This document shows, piece after piece, positions 51,607 through 64,000 of a stretch of DNA of 64,000 nucleotides. The notes beneath the pieces are model-generated. The model was not told where the DNA came from and searched no databases. It saw nothing but the letters and a program-made list of their open reading frames with translations. Both the position numbers and the translations under genes were made by a program. Origin of the DNA: Octopus sinensis (Eukaryota); the NCBI RefSeq assembly GCF_006345805.1, contig NC_043006.1:70060001-70124000 (forward strand). Direction: 5' to 3'. Each line of letters starts with the position of its first letter. Position 1 is the stretch's first letter.

Positions 51607-52146
51607 GAGTGAGAGAGCAGTGCATGCCATCAAAGTGACACTGGGGTAAAATATACGAAGCCCAATATACCCATCATGACTACCCGTCTGATAAAGGTAC
51701 ACCAGGCACATGCATCACAGTCATATGTGCGCGACATGGTGATCTCATATCAAGATAAACAGCACATGACCTTGCAGGTGGGGCCCAGTTAGAATTTTCT
51801 TCAGGTTGAGTAACCCATCCCGCTCAAAAGGTCCCTGAATAAGGGTTGTTTAAGGATGTTGAAAGAACCACCCATGTTTCCAGAGGTGAATTATTCAAAC
51901 CCCAAAGAATCCCTCTCAACACATGGCTATGATGCTCCCCCACTACTTCTGCTCGTGATCAGAGATGCACATATCGTCAGCCACTAAGGGACGTGGTCAA
52001 CTGGTTATGGTCAAACAACTGACAAGCAAATCTGTGGTATTGAGCAGAATATTTGCTGTAGCCCATCTTTTATACCAAGACAAAACAATGTACATGATTG
52101 TTTAAGGATGTTATTATTATTATTATTATCATTAATATTATTATTA

Positions 52147-52192
<46 letters not shown>

Positions 52193-52460
52193 CAGTTATT
52201 ATTATTATGTGAGAGAGCAGTGCATGCCATCAAAGTGACACGGGGGTAAAATATACGAAGCCCAATATACCCATCATGACTACCCGTCTGATAAGAGTAC
52301 ACCAGGCACATGCATCACAACCAAATGTGCGCGACATGGTGATCTCATATCAAGATAAACAGCACATAACCTTGCAGGTGGGGCCCAGTTAGAATTTTCT
52401 TCTGGTCGAGTAGCCCATCCCGCTCAAAAGGTCTCTGAATAAGGATTGTTTAAGGATGTT
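51607..52460 (-). repeat. Two tandem copies of an (AAT)n-anchored interspersed repeat (51607-52075, 52209-52460)
   Basis: gagagagcagtgcatgccatcaaagtgac...gtttaaggatgtt twice, each abutting (ATT)n. Confidence 0.85.
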
Positions 52461-52480
52461 ATTATTATTATTATTATCAT

Positions 52481-52512
<32 letters not shown>

Positions 52513-52594
52513 TCAGGTCACTGCTTGGAATCGAAATCGGAATCTTGGGGTTAGTAACCCACGCTCTTAACCACTACACCATATGCCCGTGGGC
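52513..52594 (-). mobile_element. Minimal tRNA-derived SINE or tRNA pseudogene with (AAT)n tail
   Basis: gcccacgggcatatggtgtagtggttaagagcgtggg...gatttcgattccaagcagtgacctga; A and B boxes but no acceptor-stem pairing. Confidence 0.7.
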
Positions 52595-52874
52595 AAAAAG
52601 AATGTAAATAACGACAAAAGAAAGTAAATGCATTGAGAACATAAAGTACGAAGATTGTAGTAACACGTATCAAATAAATAGTGATCCGTTTAACGCGGCA
52701 GAGCCGAAACCAAGAATAATTTCATGATACTGACCAAAAACAAAAACATGAACCAGAACACCATAACAGAAATGTAAAGAAGAAATATGAGGAAGATTGG
52801 AGAACTGAAAATTTTGATAATTGAAGTTATTTACTTAAGCCTTTCCTGCTTTTTCATCTTTGCCTCAGAATAAT

Positions 52875-53290
52875 GCTGAACCTGAAATTCAAAGGTCCAG
52901 CTCTATCACATTCCGTGTCACACTGAATCTCCCTGAGAACTACGTTAAGGATACACGTGTCTGTGGAGTACACAGCCACTTGCATGCCAACTTCATGGGC
53001 GAGCTGTTCCGTTGATCGGATCAACTAGAAGACTCGTCGTCATAAGTGGAGGCGCGTGGCTTAGTGGTTACGGACGTGGGACTCGTAGTATAAGATTGTG
53101 GTTTCGATTCCTGGACGGGCGGCACGCTGTGTTCTTGAGCAAAACACTTCGTTTCACTTTGCTTCAATCCACTCAGCTGGCAAAAATGAATAACCCTGCG
53201 TTGGAACAGCGTCCCATCCAGGTGGGGAATGTATATATACCACGAAACAGGGAAACCGGCCCTTGTGAGTCGGTATGACACGAGAAGGTA
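52875..53290 (+). mobile_element. SINE family 3 tail plus a related SINE
   Basis: gagaactacgttaagg...; ggaggcgcgtggcttagtggtta...gtttcgattcc. Confidence 0.7.
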
Positions 53291-53358
53291 AAGTTACCTT
53301 TGTTCCTTGCTCATCGTCGTAAGCGACGGAGTTGCAGTTATATAGCACATAGATAATA

Positions 53359-53594
53359 CAGTAATCCCTTGCCATATCGCGGTTCACCTACCGCGCACTC
53401 AGCACATCGCGGTTCACCTATCGCGCACTCAGTATATCGCGGATTTTTCTGGCTAATATATGTAATTTTATATCGCGGACTCCTCAGCATATCGCGGGTT
53501 TCTGCGGGTGATAGGTTTTTATGTTTATTTAGATTTTAATTATTTCTGTGGGAGGTTTTGGAACGTAACACCCGCGATAGTCGCGGGATTACTG
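53359..53594. mobile_element. Tigger-like MITE with internal ~31-bp duplication
   Basis: TA|CAGTAATCCC...ATCGCGG / CCGCGATAGTCGCGGGATTACTG. Confidence 0.8.
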
Positions 53595-53866
53595 AACATT
53601 CATTATGCAAAAAAAAAAAGACTCTTCAGACTGCGAAAGCCCATAAAATAGGAATAAAAATTTTAAATTCATTTTTTTCTATACGACCGGGTACTGGCCC
53701 GCAGCCCGGTGGTTGGGGAACTCTGGTGTAGAGAATATGTTATGTGAGTTGTGCTATAGTATTAAGCGACGATTGTGTAGATCGGTAGTTCTCAAGCGGG
53801 GTCCATATATGATTAAATATATCCTCATACAGTAATGTAGAGGTGACCGATGAAATTGGTGTTAAT

Positions 53867-54165
53867 CAGTGGTTCTGAAGCTTTTTCAGGCTGCCAACCC
53901 CTTAATTCTAAGGCCACATTCCTATTCTGCCCCCTCCCACTCACCGTCACAGACAGATCATTCTCTGTAGCAAATTCAAAACAACAATATTCCACAAATA
54001 AAACTTGACCTAATTAAACTTTTATTTTGTTTGTTTGTTTGTTTTTTTGACACTCATTGCCCCGTTTTGGTCACCCCCGTTGTCGCCCCATTTTTCTTCA
54101 AAGCCCTCCAGTATCTTTCTACCCACCCCCAGGAGGGGCAGTACCTCCAATTTTGGGAACCACTG
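53867..54165. mobile_element. hAT-type MITE
   Basis: TIR CAGTGGTTC / GAACCACTG; 8-bp TSD gtgttaat / gttttaat (7 of 8). Confidence 0.8.
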
Positions 54166-54949
54166 GTTTTAATGATGGTCAGCTATGAGTGACCATCGGA
54201 TTCGTCCGTCAGAGCAACGATGACCGTTCAGTCATCCTTAAGGTTAACTAATGACTTGCGCAGAGATTCTGTTTGAAACGAAAAAGAGTTGCACACTCTC
54301 CGGTCGGTGACCATCTTCAGTCCAGTGGCAAGAGTAGGTCAAGACGATTGGAGATGGAAACGAACGCAGTGGATGACCAAGATGTCATATTTTTGTTTCA
54401 TCTTGCTCATCGCATCCCACATTTCTTTACAGCAGCTGCCTTCCCCTCCGTTGAACTATGAAGGTTGTTTCCGACAAATCTGCCGGATACAGTCGACCAA
54501 ACGTATGACAAAAGGTTTTCCAGCCATTAACCACTCGCCTTTTCTCTATATAATGTATTTAATCTGGTTATTTGTTTCTTTCTTTCCCCATTATTTAAAA
54601 CATTGTCGCGTGTGATTTGGCTGTTGTTTCTAGCATAGCGTGCAAAGAAGGTGCGCCGTAACGATATTAGAAACAGCAACGTGATTTGGGACTCATCTCC
54701 TGGATCTACTGTCTGGGTAGAGGGGGAGAGGACAGTCAGCTGGGCGTGGTTCAATGTATCTGGGGACGGGTACAGAGTGAAGGTGGATGTAGGGTGAGGT
54801 GTAGTTCGGTAAATAAGGGAAGGGTACTGAGTGAGGGAGTTTGCCTGTGGGCAGGGTGGGTGCAACGAAGACAAAGTAAGTGAAGTATAAGATGTATCAA
54901 ACATAATAATGATGGAAGATAGGATACTAATACGAAGAAGAATGAAGAA

Positions 54950-54955
54950 GAATGG

Positions 54956-54993
<38 letters not shown>

Positions 54994-55365
54994 GTAGTGG
55001 TGGTGGTAGTGGTGGTGGTGGTGGTGGTGGTGGTGATGGTGGTGATGGTGAGTAGTGACAATAATGACGATGATGATGATGGTGATGATAATAGTAATAA
55101 TATTGAACGCATATATGTATGCACATATGTAGCTTGTATAAAGAGTGGCGTTGGCGGCGGTGGCGGTGAAGGCGGAGGAGGCGGCGGAGGCGACGGGGAG
55201 GTGGGGGTGATGATTAGTAGGAAAAAAATTGACTGAAAGCTGAGCAACAGGAGGAAGAGGGGAGGGGGAAGAAGAAGGAGGAGGAGGAGGAGGAGGAGGA
55301 GAGGAGGAGGAGGAGAAGAAGAAGAAGAAGAAGAAGAAGAAGAAGAAGAAGAAGAAGAAGAATGG
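54950..55365. repeat. (GAT)/(GGT)/(GGA)/(GAA) tract
   Basis: Directly visible. Confidence 0.9.
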
Positions 55366-56160
55366 CAGAATCAACATGAAGAGGAAAAATGATAAATGCT
55401 AAAACAAAATAGCGGGAAGATAATTGAAAATTGGGAAAACGTGTGTTTCTTGCAAAATGGCTACTTAAGTAACGTCTACGTTTTCTGAGATGTCGTCTGC
55501 TTTGTTCAAATAATCCTTTTAATAGTTTCCGGTACTTGTATGTCATGGAGACCCAGGTAGAGATGTAGAGAATCACAAACAATCGTTGCACGAACATATA
55601 TGTACGTATATATATATATATATAATATATATATATATATAATATATATATATATAACTACATTCACACGAAAACACTTATACAAAAGTACATGCATAGT
55701 ATACTATAACATACATATATTCATAAATTGATACATGCATACATACATGCATATATATATATAATATATATATATAGCAGACATTCGTGCATAGGGAGAG
55801 AGAGAGAGAGAGACATGCATACGCATACGCGCATAAGTACGTAAATGCATGTATAAGTACATACATGTTCACGCAAACAATTACGCAAAAAGCCGTCTGC
55901 TTGTGAGTTTTATTAAAAGTATTCAGGCGTATGTATGTGTGTGTGTGTGTGTGTGTGTGAGTGTATGTATGTGCGTCAGCGTGTATAATGTAAGTACGCG
56001 CGTGTGTATGTATAAAGACATATAAGCATGCGTGTGTATATATGCACAGACATTCATAAACACGTGTTCACGCACGCTTTAGATTCACATTTGCAAGTGT
56101 GTGGACGTAAGTGTACGCATGCTAATGCATATGTGAATATGTCTACATGTGTGCATATAT

Positions 56161-56209
<49 letters not shown>

Positions 56210-56337
56210 CACATATATATATACATATATATACCACATACATACGTATGTATATATACTTGTATATATATATATATATATACATAAATATATACACATA
56301 CTTGTATATACATACATATATGTATATACATATATAC

Positions 56338-56386
<49 letters not shown>

Positions 56387-56398
56387 TACATATATGCA

Positions 56399-56440
<42 letters not shown>

Positions 56441-56654
56441 CGTACATATATATACATATATATATATACACACATATATATTAGGTGCAGGCGTGGATGT
56501 GTAGTGAGAAGCTTACTTCCCAACCACATGTTTCCGGGTTCAGTCCCTCTGCGTGTCACCTTGGGCAAGTGTTTTGTACTATAACTTCAGGTTGGCCAAC
56601 GCGTTATGAGTGTATTTGTAAGGTGTGTGTGTGTGTGTGTGGTGTGTGTGTGTG

Positions 56655-56696
<42 letters not shown>

Positions 56697-56832
56697 TGTG
56701 TGTGTGTGCGTGTGTTTGTCCCCTCTAAGCCTTCAATGGGCTTTGAAATTACTTTTATTACAACTCGAACATAAACAGAAATATTAATATGTGCATTTAT
56801 ATATATACGCATGTATGCATATATACATGCCT

Positions 56833-56865
<33 letters not shown>

Positions 56866-57342
56866 CATATATATATATTTATATGTATACTCATGCATAT
56901 ATACATATAAATATATACATTCATACACACTTATGTACGTATGTATTATGTATGTATGCATGTATGTATGTATGTATGTAGGTAGGTAGGTAGGTAGGTA
57001 GATAGGTATGTGTATTAAAAATATAGTCGGCGTTGCCTTGGAAACAAAAGTCTCAGTAAGTTGTGAATGTCTTGAAAGAAAATCTTTGTAATTTAAAATA
57101 GACTTAGCATCGAGAATGCAACACCAATATTTCTTGTAACAGTTATATACGGTCAAAAATGTATCAATTTTTACAGGACCTAAGTTAATAATTTTGATTG
57201 AGGGGTTTACTATAAGCAACGGTCTTACTTTTTTTGTAACCTTGAGCACTGAGGTGTATGTGGTGTATGTGGTTTTCTAGTTTCTTATACGATATAACAT
57301 ACAGGGTACATATTTAATGCCAAAAAACCTTGAAGATTATGA

Positions 57343-57571
57343 TTTACTCTTTTACTCTCTTTTCCTTGTTTCAGTCATTTGACTGCGACAATGCTGCAGC
57401 ATTTCTTTTATAGTCGAGCAAATCGAACCCACAGCTTATTCTTTGTAAGCCTAGTACTTATTCTATCGATCTCTTTCGCCGAACCGCTAAGCTACGGGGA
57501 CGTAAACACACCAGCATCGGTTGTCAAGTGATGTTGGGGGGACAAACACAGACACACCAACACATATATGC

Positions 57572-57608
<37 letters not shown>

Positions 57609-57772
57609 TACGACGGGCTTCTTTCAGTTTCCGTCTACCAAATCCACTCACAAGGCTTTGGTCGGCCCGAAGCTATAGTAGAAGACAGTTGCCCAAGGTG
57701 CCACGCAGTGGGACTGAAGCCGGGACTATGTGGTTGGTAAGCAAGCTACTTACCATACAGCTACTCCTGCGC
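57343..57772 (-). mobile_element. SINE family 1 full length
   Basis: tttactctttttactc...catacagctactcctgcgcc. Confidence 0.9.
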
Positions 57773-59124
57773 CTATTGTGAATAAAATAGAAATAAAAGT
57801 TTTTAAATGTTTTCTTTCTGTGTAGTCCAGTATCAAACGCTTCATGGTTCGGGCCGGCCTGCAACTGGTGGTTGTGGGCTTCTGTTTTAGAAGGCGCTTT
57901 ACATAATGTGTTCCTTGATGCTCTGAGAAGATAGTCTCGGTAAGAATATCTTCGATTATAGATAGGTGTAAGTCTAATCAACGACAACGATGACAACAAC
58001 AACAACAACAACAATAACCTTGTTATGGTGGTTGGTATGAGAAGCTACCCTGCTTTATAAATTACTCTCAACCATTATTAACGAAAAATTCCAAAAGTGC
58101 TGTGTCATGTATCGCTGAGGATGGTCACTACTTGATAACGGAAGGTTTGTCTGGTACTCAGTGACCTTGCATGATAAACACATGGCAGTACACTTCTCTG
58201 ACAGACCACACACACACACACATGCGCACATACACATGCACACACACGCATGTATTAGAATAGTCACGTACACAAACGCGAGTGCGCGTGAGGATAGGCA
58301 TTTGCACTAAACAAACCTATAAACACATCGCCATGTGTAACCAGCATAGAAAATAATGAGAAGAAGAGTAATGGAAGTGAGTCTGCAGGAAGTAGACTAG
58401 AAGGGCATGTAGGGTGAAAGTCAACACGAAAGGAAGAGGTTGCGGTGTACATTCCTACCTACCTGGCAAAGAGGTGGTGCAGACTGATTTCCTTGTACTT
58501 GCGGCTCTCAATTGAACCGTAGTGTTGTTCTAATGCGACACATTGCGATGGGGTCAGAGCAATGTTCAGATGGTTAAACTACGGCTCTGAAGAGTTCTTG
58601 AGCGTTGTTACTAAATTGTCTTTTCACCTGGTAGGGACTGATTCGTGTCAATGAGTAATGACCTGCTAGAACTGCTATCCAGGTAATATCGTCCGTAGAT
58701 GGTGGGATACTACAATGAATGTCGCATAACAATGTCCGAGTCCTGCTGTAGCACGGGGAATCTCACGGCAGTGGCTCCTCCCTACGTGTTCCAGAAGTCC
58801 ACTATTTATATCCTTCCACAGTTCCTGTTATGCACTGTTAACAATGTCCGGCAAGGGAGACAACTCGCTATCAGTAAAACCCGCAGCCCGTCTCAGAATA
58901 CCAGTTTATAGGCATTAAGATGTTTATGGAAGAAGTCATTCAATCGGTGACCTGTTTTTGCCCATGTGCAATTTCGTAACTTGGATGATGTTCAATATAT
59001 TGTTTGGGGATTTTGGGGGGTTTTTTCTTCTTTCTCAAACTGTTGGACTAATAAGACCGGATACTCCGTTTCCATGGTGCTTATAAGCCGGTTCGTTGCA
59101 GAGTTCAAGGACGGAAATTTTTGA

Positions 59125-59512
59125 GGGGAGAGGAAAGCCGATCGCATCATCTTCAGTACTTAACGGGCACTTTATTTTATCGACCATCCCGAGGGGTTAA
59201 AAGGAAAAGTTGACCTCAGCAGGATTAAGACTCAGAACGAAAAGAACCGGAAGATATGCCGCTAAGCTTTGTCCGACGCACTAACGACTCTTATTTCCTT
59301 ACTGCCCACAGAGGGGATAAACAAAGACAGACAGACGGATTAAGTCGATTATATCGACCCCAGTGTGTAACTGGTAATTGTTTAATCTACCCCGAAAGGA
59401 TGAAAGGCAAAGTCGACCTCGGCGGAATTTGAACTCAGAACGTAGCAGCAGTCGAAATACCGCTCAGCATTTCGCCCGGCGTACTAACGTTTCTGCCAGC
59501 TAACCGCCTTCA
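59125..59512 (-). mobile_element. SINE family 2 dimer
   Basis: Two cores; junction ctaacgactct|tatttccttactgcccac. Confidence 0.8.
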
Positions 59513-59559
59513 TGCAGTATATTAAGCTGGGCAAAATACAGTGAAGGTAGCGTTGGCTG

Positions 59560-60135
59560 TAAACTTGGAGCATAATAATATTGTTGTAAACAAAATATTA
59601 TAGGAAAGAAAAAGGGACGGGGAACGGAGGGTATAAAGAACATAATATCCAATGCCCAGAGAGCATTCTACAATCTGACGAAGATATGGAGAAACAAAGA
59701 TGTAGGCCATAAAATGAAGCTGAAGCTGTTCAAGATATTGGACCGACCAGAATTACCCAACGGATGTGAAACTGGAAAGTGACAAAAATTGAAGAAAAAA
59801 CAATGGAAAGTTTCTAATTTGCATGCTTAAGGAGAATGCTGGACATGAAGTGGCTGCAAAGAATCCGAAATGACACATTTGAGACGACAACGGGAATCAA
59901 CAGAATCAGTGATGAAATAAGACGTAGATGCTGGAAGTAGATCGGACACGTCCTCAGGACAAGATCGAGAAAGCAATTGTATGGTGGTACTAAAGTGGTA
60001 AACCTTTAGAATCCCATGGCGTAGGACCATTGACAAGGAGACGAGAAGGGTGAAGCTGGAATGAGACCAGAACAGCAGAAGAAAACAGAGCTGGTTGGAG
60101 AGATCGTGTTGCGGCCTTGTGTGCCTCAGGGCATG
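59560..60135 (+). pseudogene. RTE-type LINE 3' end, degraded
   Basis: AQRAFYNLTKIWRNK...KLKLFK...GCETW...CLRRML..KW..RIRN...IRRRCWK*IGHVLR. Confidence 0.75.
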
Positions 60136-60377
60136 GAGAGAATCAACTAACTGAAATGGAATGAGAAGTAAGGCATGAAGGATGGGAGCAATTTGAGGTG
60201 ATGGAGTTAACAAAAGTACGGGCAAGAGCCATTAAAGAAGGATGCGGAAAGAGTGAGCATCTTTCTAGTGAGTGAGTTAGTGATGCTGTCTGTATGTGTA
60301 CGAATTCTATCATAATTTCTGACGCCATCATTCCTGTTATATATTTCTCTGACCATTATGAAAGTCAAGGCAAAGGC

Positions 60378-60480
60378 AGCGACCTGGCAGAATCGTTAGC
60401 ACGCTGGACAAAATGCTTATCGGCATTTCGTCTGTCTTTACGTTCTGAGTTCAAATTCTGCCGAGGTCGACTTTGCCTTT
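60378..60480 (+). mobile_element. SINE family 2 head truncated by (GATA)n
   Basis: ggcagcgacctggcagaatcgttagc...gtcgactttgccttt. Confidence 0.8.
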
Positions 60481-60641
<161 letters not shown>

Positions 60642-61189
60642 TATAAAAGGCGGACAGGCACGCTACAGAACTTACTGATCATTACATCCTAGAAACAGCC
60701 GTAAAAAAGTGCTCGGATTTTCCCCACTCTTATCAGGGATGTTAGAGTATGAACTCTCCGGAGTTCAACGAAATCTATAATATAAGAGATACTATGTAAG
60801 ATTCGCTGGATTCACCTCTCGATAATTTGTGACATTAGCGTATATTTCTGGATATTACCTATCAATGAAGAACTACTATGCATTTTCGTTTCCTTAGCTT
60901 TTTCCATAATTATATTTATATTCACTTCGTATAACAAACATATTAATGTTTTGATGTCATTAATAAATGCCTGGCCATCATTTATTTCAATATACCATCA
61001 TTAGCATAACCGCAACACGTCCTTAGCTTAACCACTACATGCCCTAAAACCAAATGCTGTTTATATCGATTCTGTGTCCCATCATTTGGCGATGGATTTT
61101 TTCAGTATTTGATCCAGCCAGACTAGTAATCGATTTGCCGCTATTATACACCTTTCAGCATTTTCTTTCCCACGATATGCATCTGTGCA

Positions 61190-61260
<71 letters not shown>

Positions 61261-61262
61261 TA

Positions 61263-61300
<38 letters not shown>

Positions 61301-61411
61301 ATATGCATGTATCTACGTATGTATGTATTATGTATGTATGCATATATATATTATATTATTATTATTATTATTATTATTATTATCATCATCATCATTTATA
61401 CATATATATAT

Positions 61412-61483
61412 AAGTATATTTGCCACTTAATGTGGCTAACCTTAAGGGTGTATGCTACTGTAGCTTGCTCAGAGATTTATTAT
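61412..61483. repeat. Dispersed relative of the 32-kb palindrome arm
   Basis: aagtatatttgccacttaatgtggctaaccttaagggtgtatgctactgtagc matches 32401-32454. Confidence 0.85.
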
Positions 61484-61551
61484 ATAAAATATATATATAT
61501 ATGTATTTATGTATATATACATATATATATATGCATATATATGCACATATA

Positions 61552-61598
<47 letters not shown>

Positions 61599-61928
61599 TA
61601 TATATATATAAATACATATGCATGTATGTATATGTATATGTTATGTGTGTGTACATAAGATATGCATACATACATATATTCAAATATATACATAAATATG
61701 ATCTATTATTACCTTACTTCATTTAAAGTACTCTTAAATGCCTAGCAGGACCAGCCGTAAAAAGACAAGTACAGTTACAAACTGAAAATTTAAAGGTATT
61801 ATTTGGGTATCCCTGGGGCTTCCACTCCTTCCGGTTCGTTTCAGTATTTAATGTGATTCTCTTCAAAATGTCTTAAAGCACAGAGTAATTTTTTTTTCTC
61901 TATTAAGTGCTATGAAGTACATTTACAA

Positions 61929-61964
<36 letters not shown>

Positions 61965-62153
61965 GTATATACACATACACATATATATGTATACATAAAT
62001 ACTTATATACAGGTATATGCATATATATACTCATATGTATATAAACAGACCCACATAATTCTATGTCTATAAATGTATGAATGAATGAATATGTGTGTAT
62101 ATGTATGTATGCATGAATGTATGTATTTATGTACATACGTATGTATGCATACA

Positions 62154-62245
<92 letters not shown>

Positions 62246-63271
62246 ACAGACAGAGAAGAGAAGACCTATATTTTTATGTATGTATATATATATATATATA
62301 CACAGGGGGACCAGTTTCTATTTTCTTTTTGTAGCAATAATAGAAAATATATATATATATATATTGTTGTGTATTATATATATATATATTATTATATATA
62401 TATATATATTATATATATATATATATATTAATATATATATTATATATATTGGTTTATTTATATATATGTAATATATATTGGTATATATATAGTATATACA
62501 TATATATATGTATGTATGCATGTATATATATATATATTTGTAGGAGGCTGATGATTCACCACCGCCGGTGTGTATATATGTATGAATGCATGCATGTATA
62601 TATATACGTGTTTGTCATGTATATACGCGTATGTTTGTGCGTATGAACTTGTGTTGTATTGGAATCCGTCTGTACGAAGAATGAATATACACTTCCATGT
62701 CTACATCAATAAAGAAACACACACACACGCGCATAGAAGCATATACGCGCTCACATACGTACACCATCTCCACACACACACACACACACACATGTATATA
62801 CACATACATATACAGCCATCCGTGTTTCTCAAGTAAGCCACCACAAACTGAGACAGTCGTCCTGCAGACACAGAGGTAAGCTGTACCCTTGGAGTTTTGT
62901 GTCTGACAAGTAACCACCATCTCCCACCACCTCCCACCTTCGCTTCCACCGCCGCCGCCGCCGCCGCCTCCACCGACGCCGCTGCCACTTCACCGGTTCT
63001 GTTGCCCACCCTTCCCACCCACCCTCTGTCTAGAACTGCTAGATTCCTTCTTACACACATGAGTCATCAATAGTCCCCATGCCATTTCAAGGAGTTCTCC
63101 CCACCCACTGTTTATAGACTTCACACACACACACACACGCACACACACATACACACACACATATTCTTTCTTTCTCTTGCTCTCTCTTTCTCCCACACAC
63201 GCACACTCTCTCTTCCTCTCTTCAGACATATTTATGGTGAGCCTGTACGTGTGTTGCGTGTAGTTTATATG

Positions 63272-63317
<46 letters not shown>

Positions 63318-63418
63318 ATATAATATATATATGTATGTATGTATGTATATATATATATATGTATGTATATGTATGTATATATATACATACATAATATACA
63401 TATAGATATATACACATT

Positions 63419-63474
<56 letters not shown>

Positions 63475-63622
63475 CATATATATACACACATACATATATG
63501 CAAATATATATACAGAACTTTTTCTTCGTTTGTAAACACCATCCTTCACCAATCCATATATATATATATACACGCATAGACACATATATATATATATATA
63601 TATACACGCATAGACACACATG

Positions 63623-63686
<64 letters not shown>

Positions 63687-64000
63687 GTGTCTATGTATGT
63701 ATATGTATGTTATATATATATATATATATATAGATATACATGTATATATATACACACATGTATTTTTGTATACTTACATATATGCTTTTTGTCTCTCATC
63801 CACTCCATCTTCAGGATATACGCACACGCATACAGTCATACATCATACATACATACATACATACATACATACAATCACATTTTCTTTGCATACTTATATC
63901 TATCTGTCTGTCTCTCTTTCTCCTCATCTCTTGCTCTTCCTTTGATATCTAGACACTGTCTCTTTATTCCCCTCTCCCTCGCTCCTCTCTCTCGCTCTCT

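Noticed and set aside
54170-54540. Possible minus-strand RT remnant (also 58320-59000)
   Set aside because: Motif similarity is too weak to call by eye
55214-55597. Minus ORF with non-repetitive core MTYKYRKLLKGLFEQSRRHLRKRRR
   Set aside because: No recognisable homolog, no acceptor AG, only weak donors; its length is inflated by microsatellite

Overview
Eukaryotic, AT-rich, extremely microsatellite-dense intergenic or intronic DNA. It is probably from an octopod cephalopod (inference from the SINE families and repeat style; not verified). There is one 100-N assembly gap at 28775-28874. I cannot identify any host protein-coding gene, and almost all ORFs in the supplied track are microsatellite artefacts. 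The real coding remnants are decayed transposons: a Helitron with both termini and a PIF1 helicase (33930-38052), a Hero-like RLE LINE, three R4/Dong-like LINE pieces in (AAT)n, RTE-type and CR1-like LINE ends, plus pogo/Tigger and hAT MITEs. Three tRNA-derived SINE families are abundant, one forming same-orientation concatemers. The main result is a set of minimal type I hammerhead ribozyme (HHR) motifs read directly from the sequence: 9 complete folds in 5 unrelated families, one half-motif at the gap and two weak candidates. One HHR sits in a 630-bp ORF-less element (38161-38790, minus) of about 1.46 copies of a ~430-nt structured monomer. Its 5' end coincides within 1 nt with the predicted self-cleavage site, which is the signature of a retrozyme or circular-RNA retroelement. 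Three HHR pairs occur as divergent inverted arms around unrelated cargo. A 1.04-kb near-perfect palindrome lies at 31961-33004. Coordinates were counted by hand, and repeat edges may be off by a few bases.
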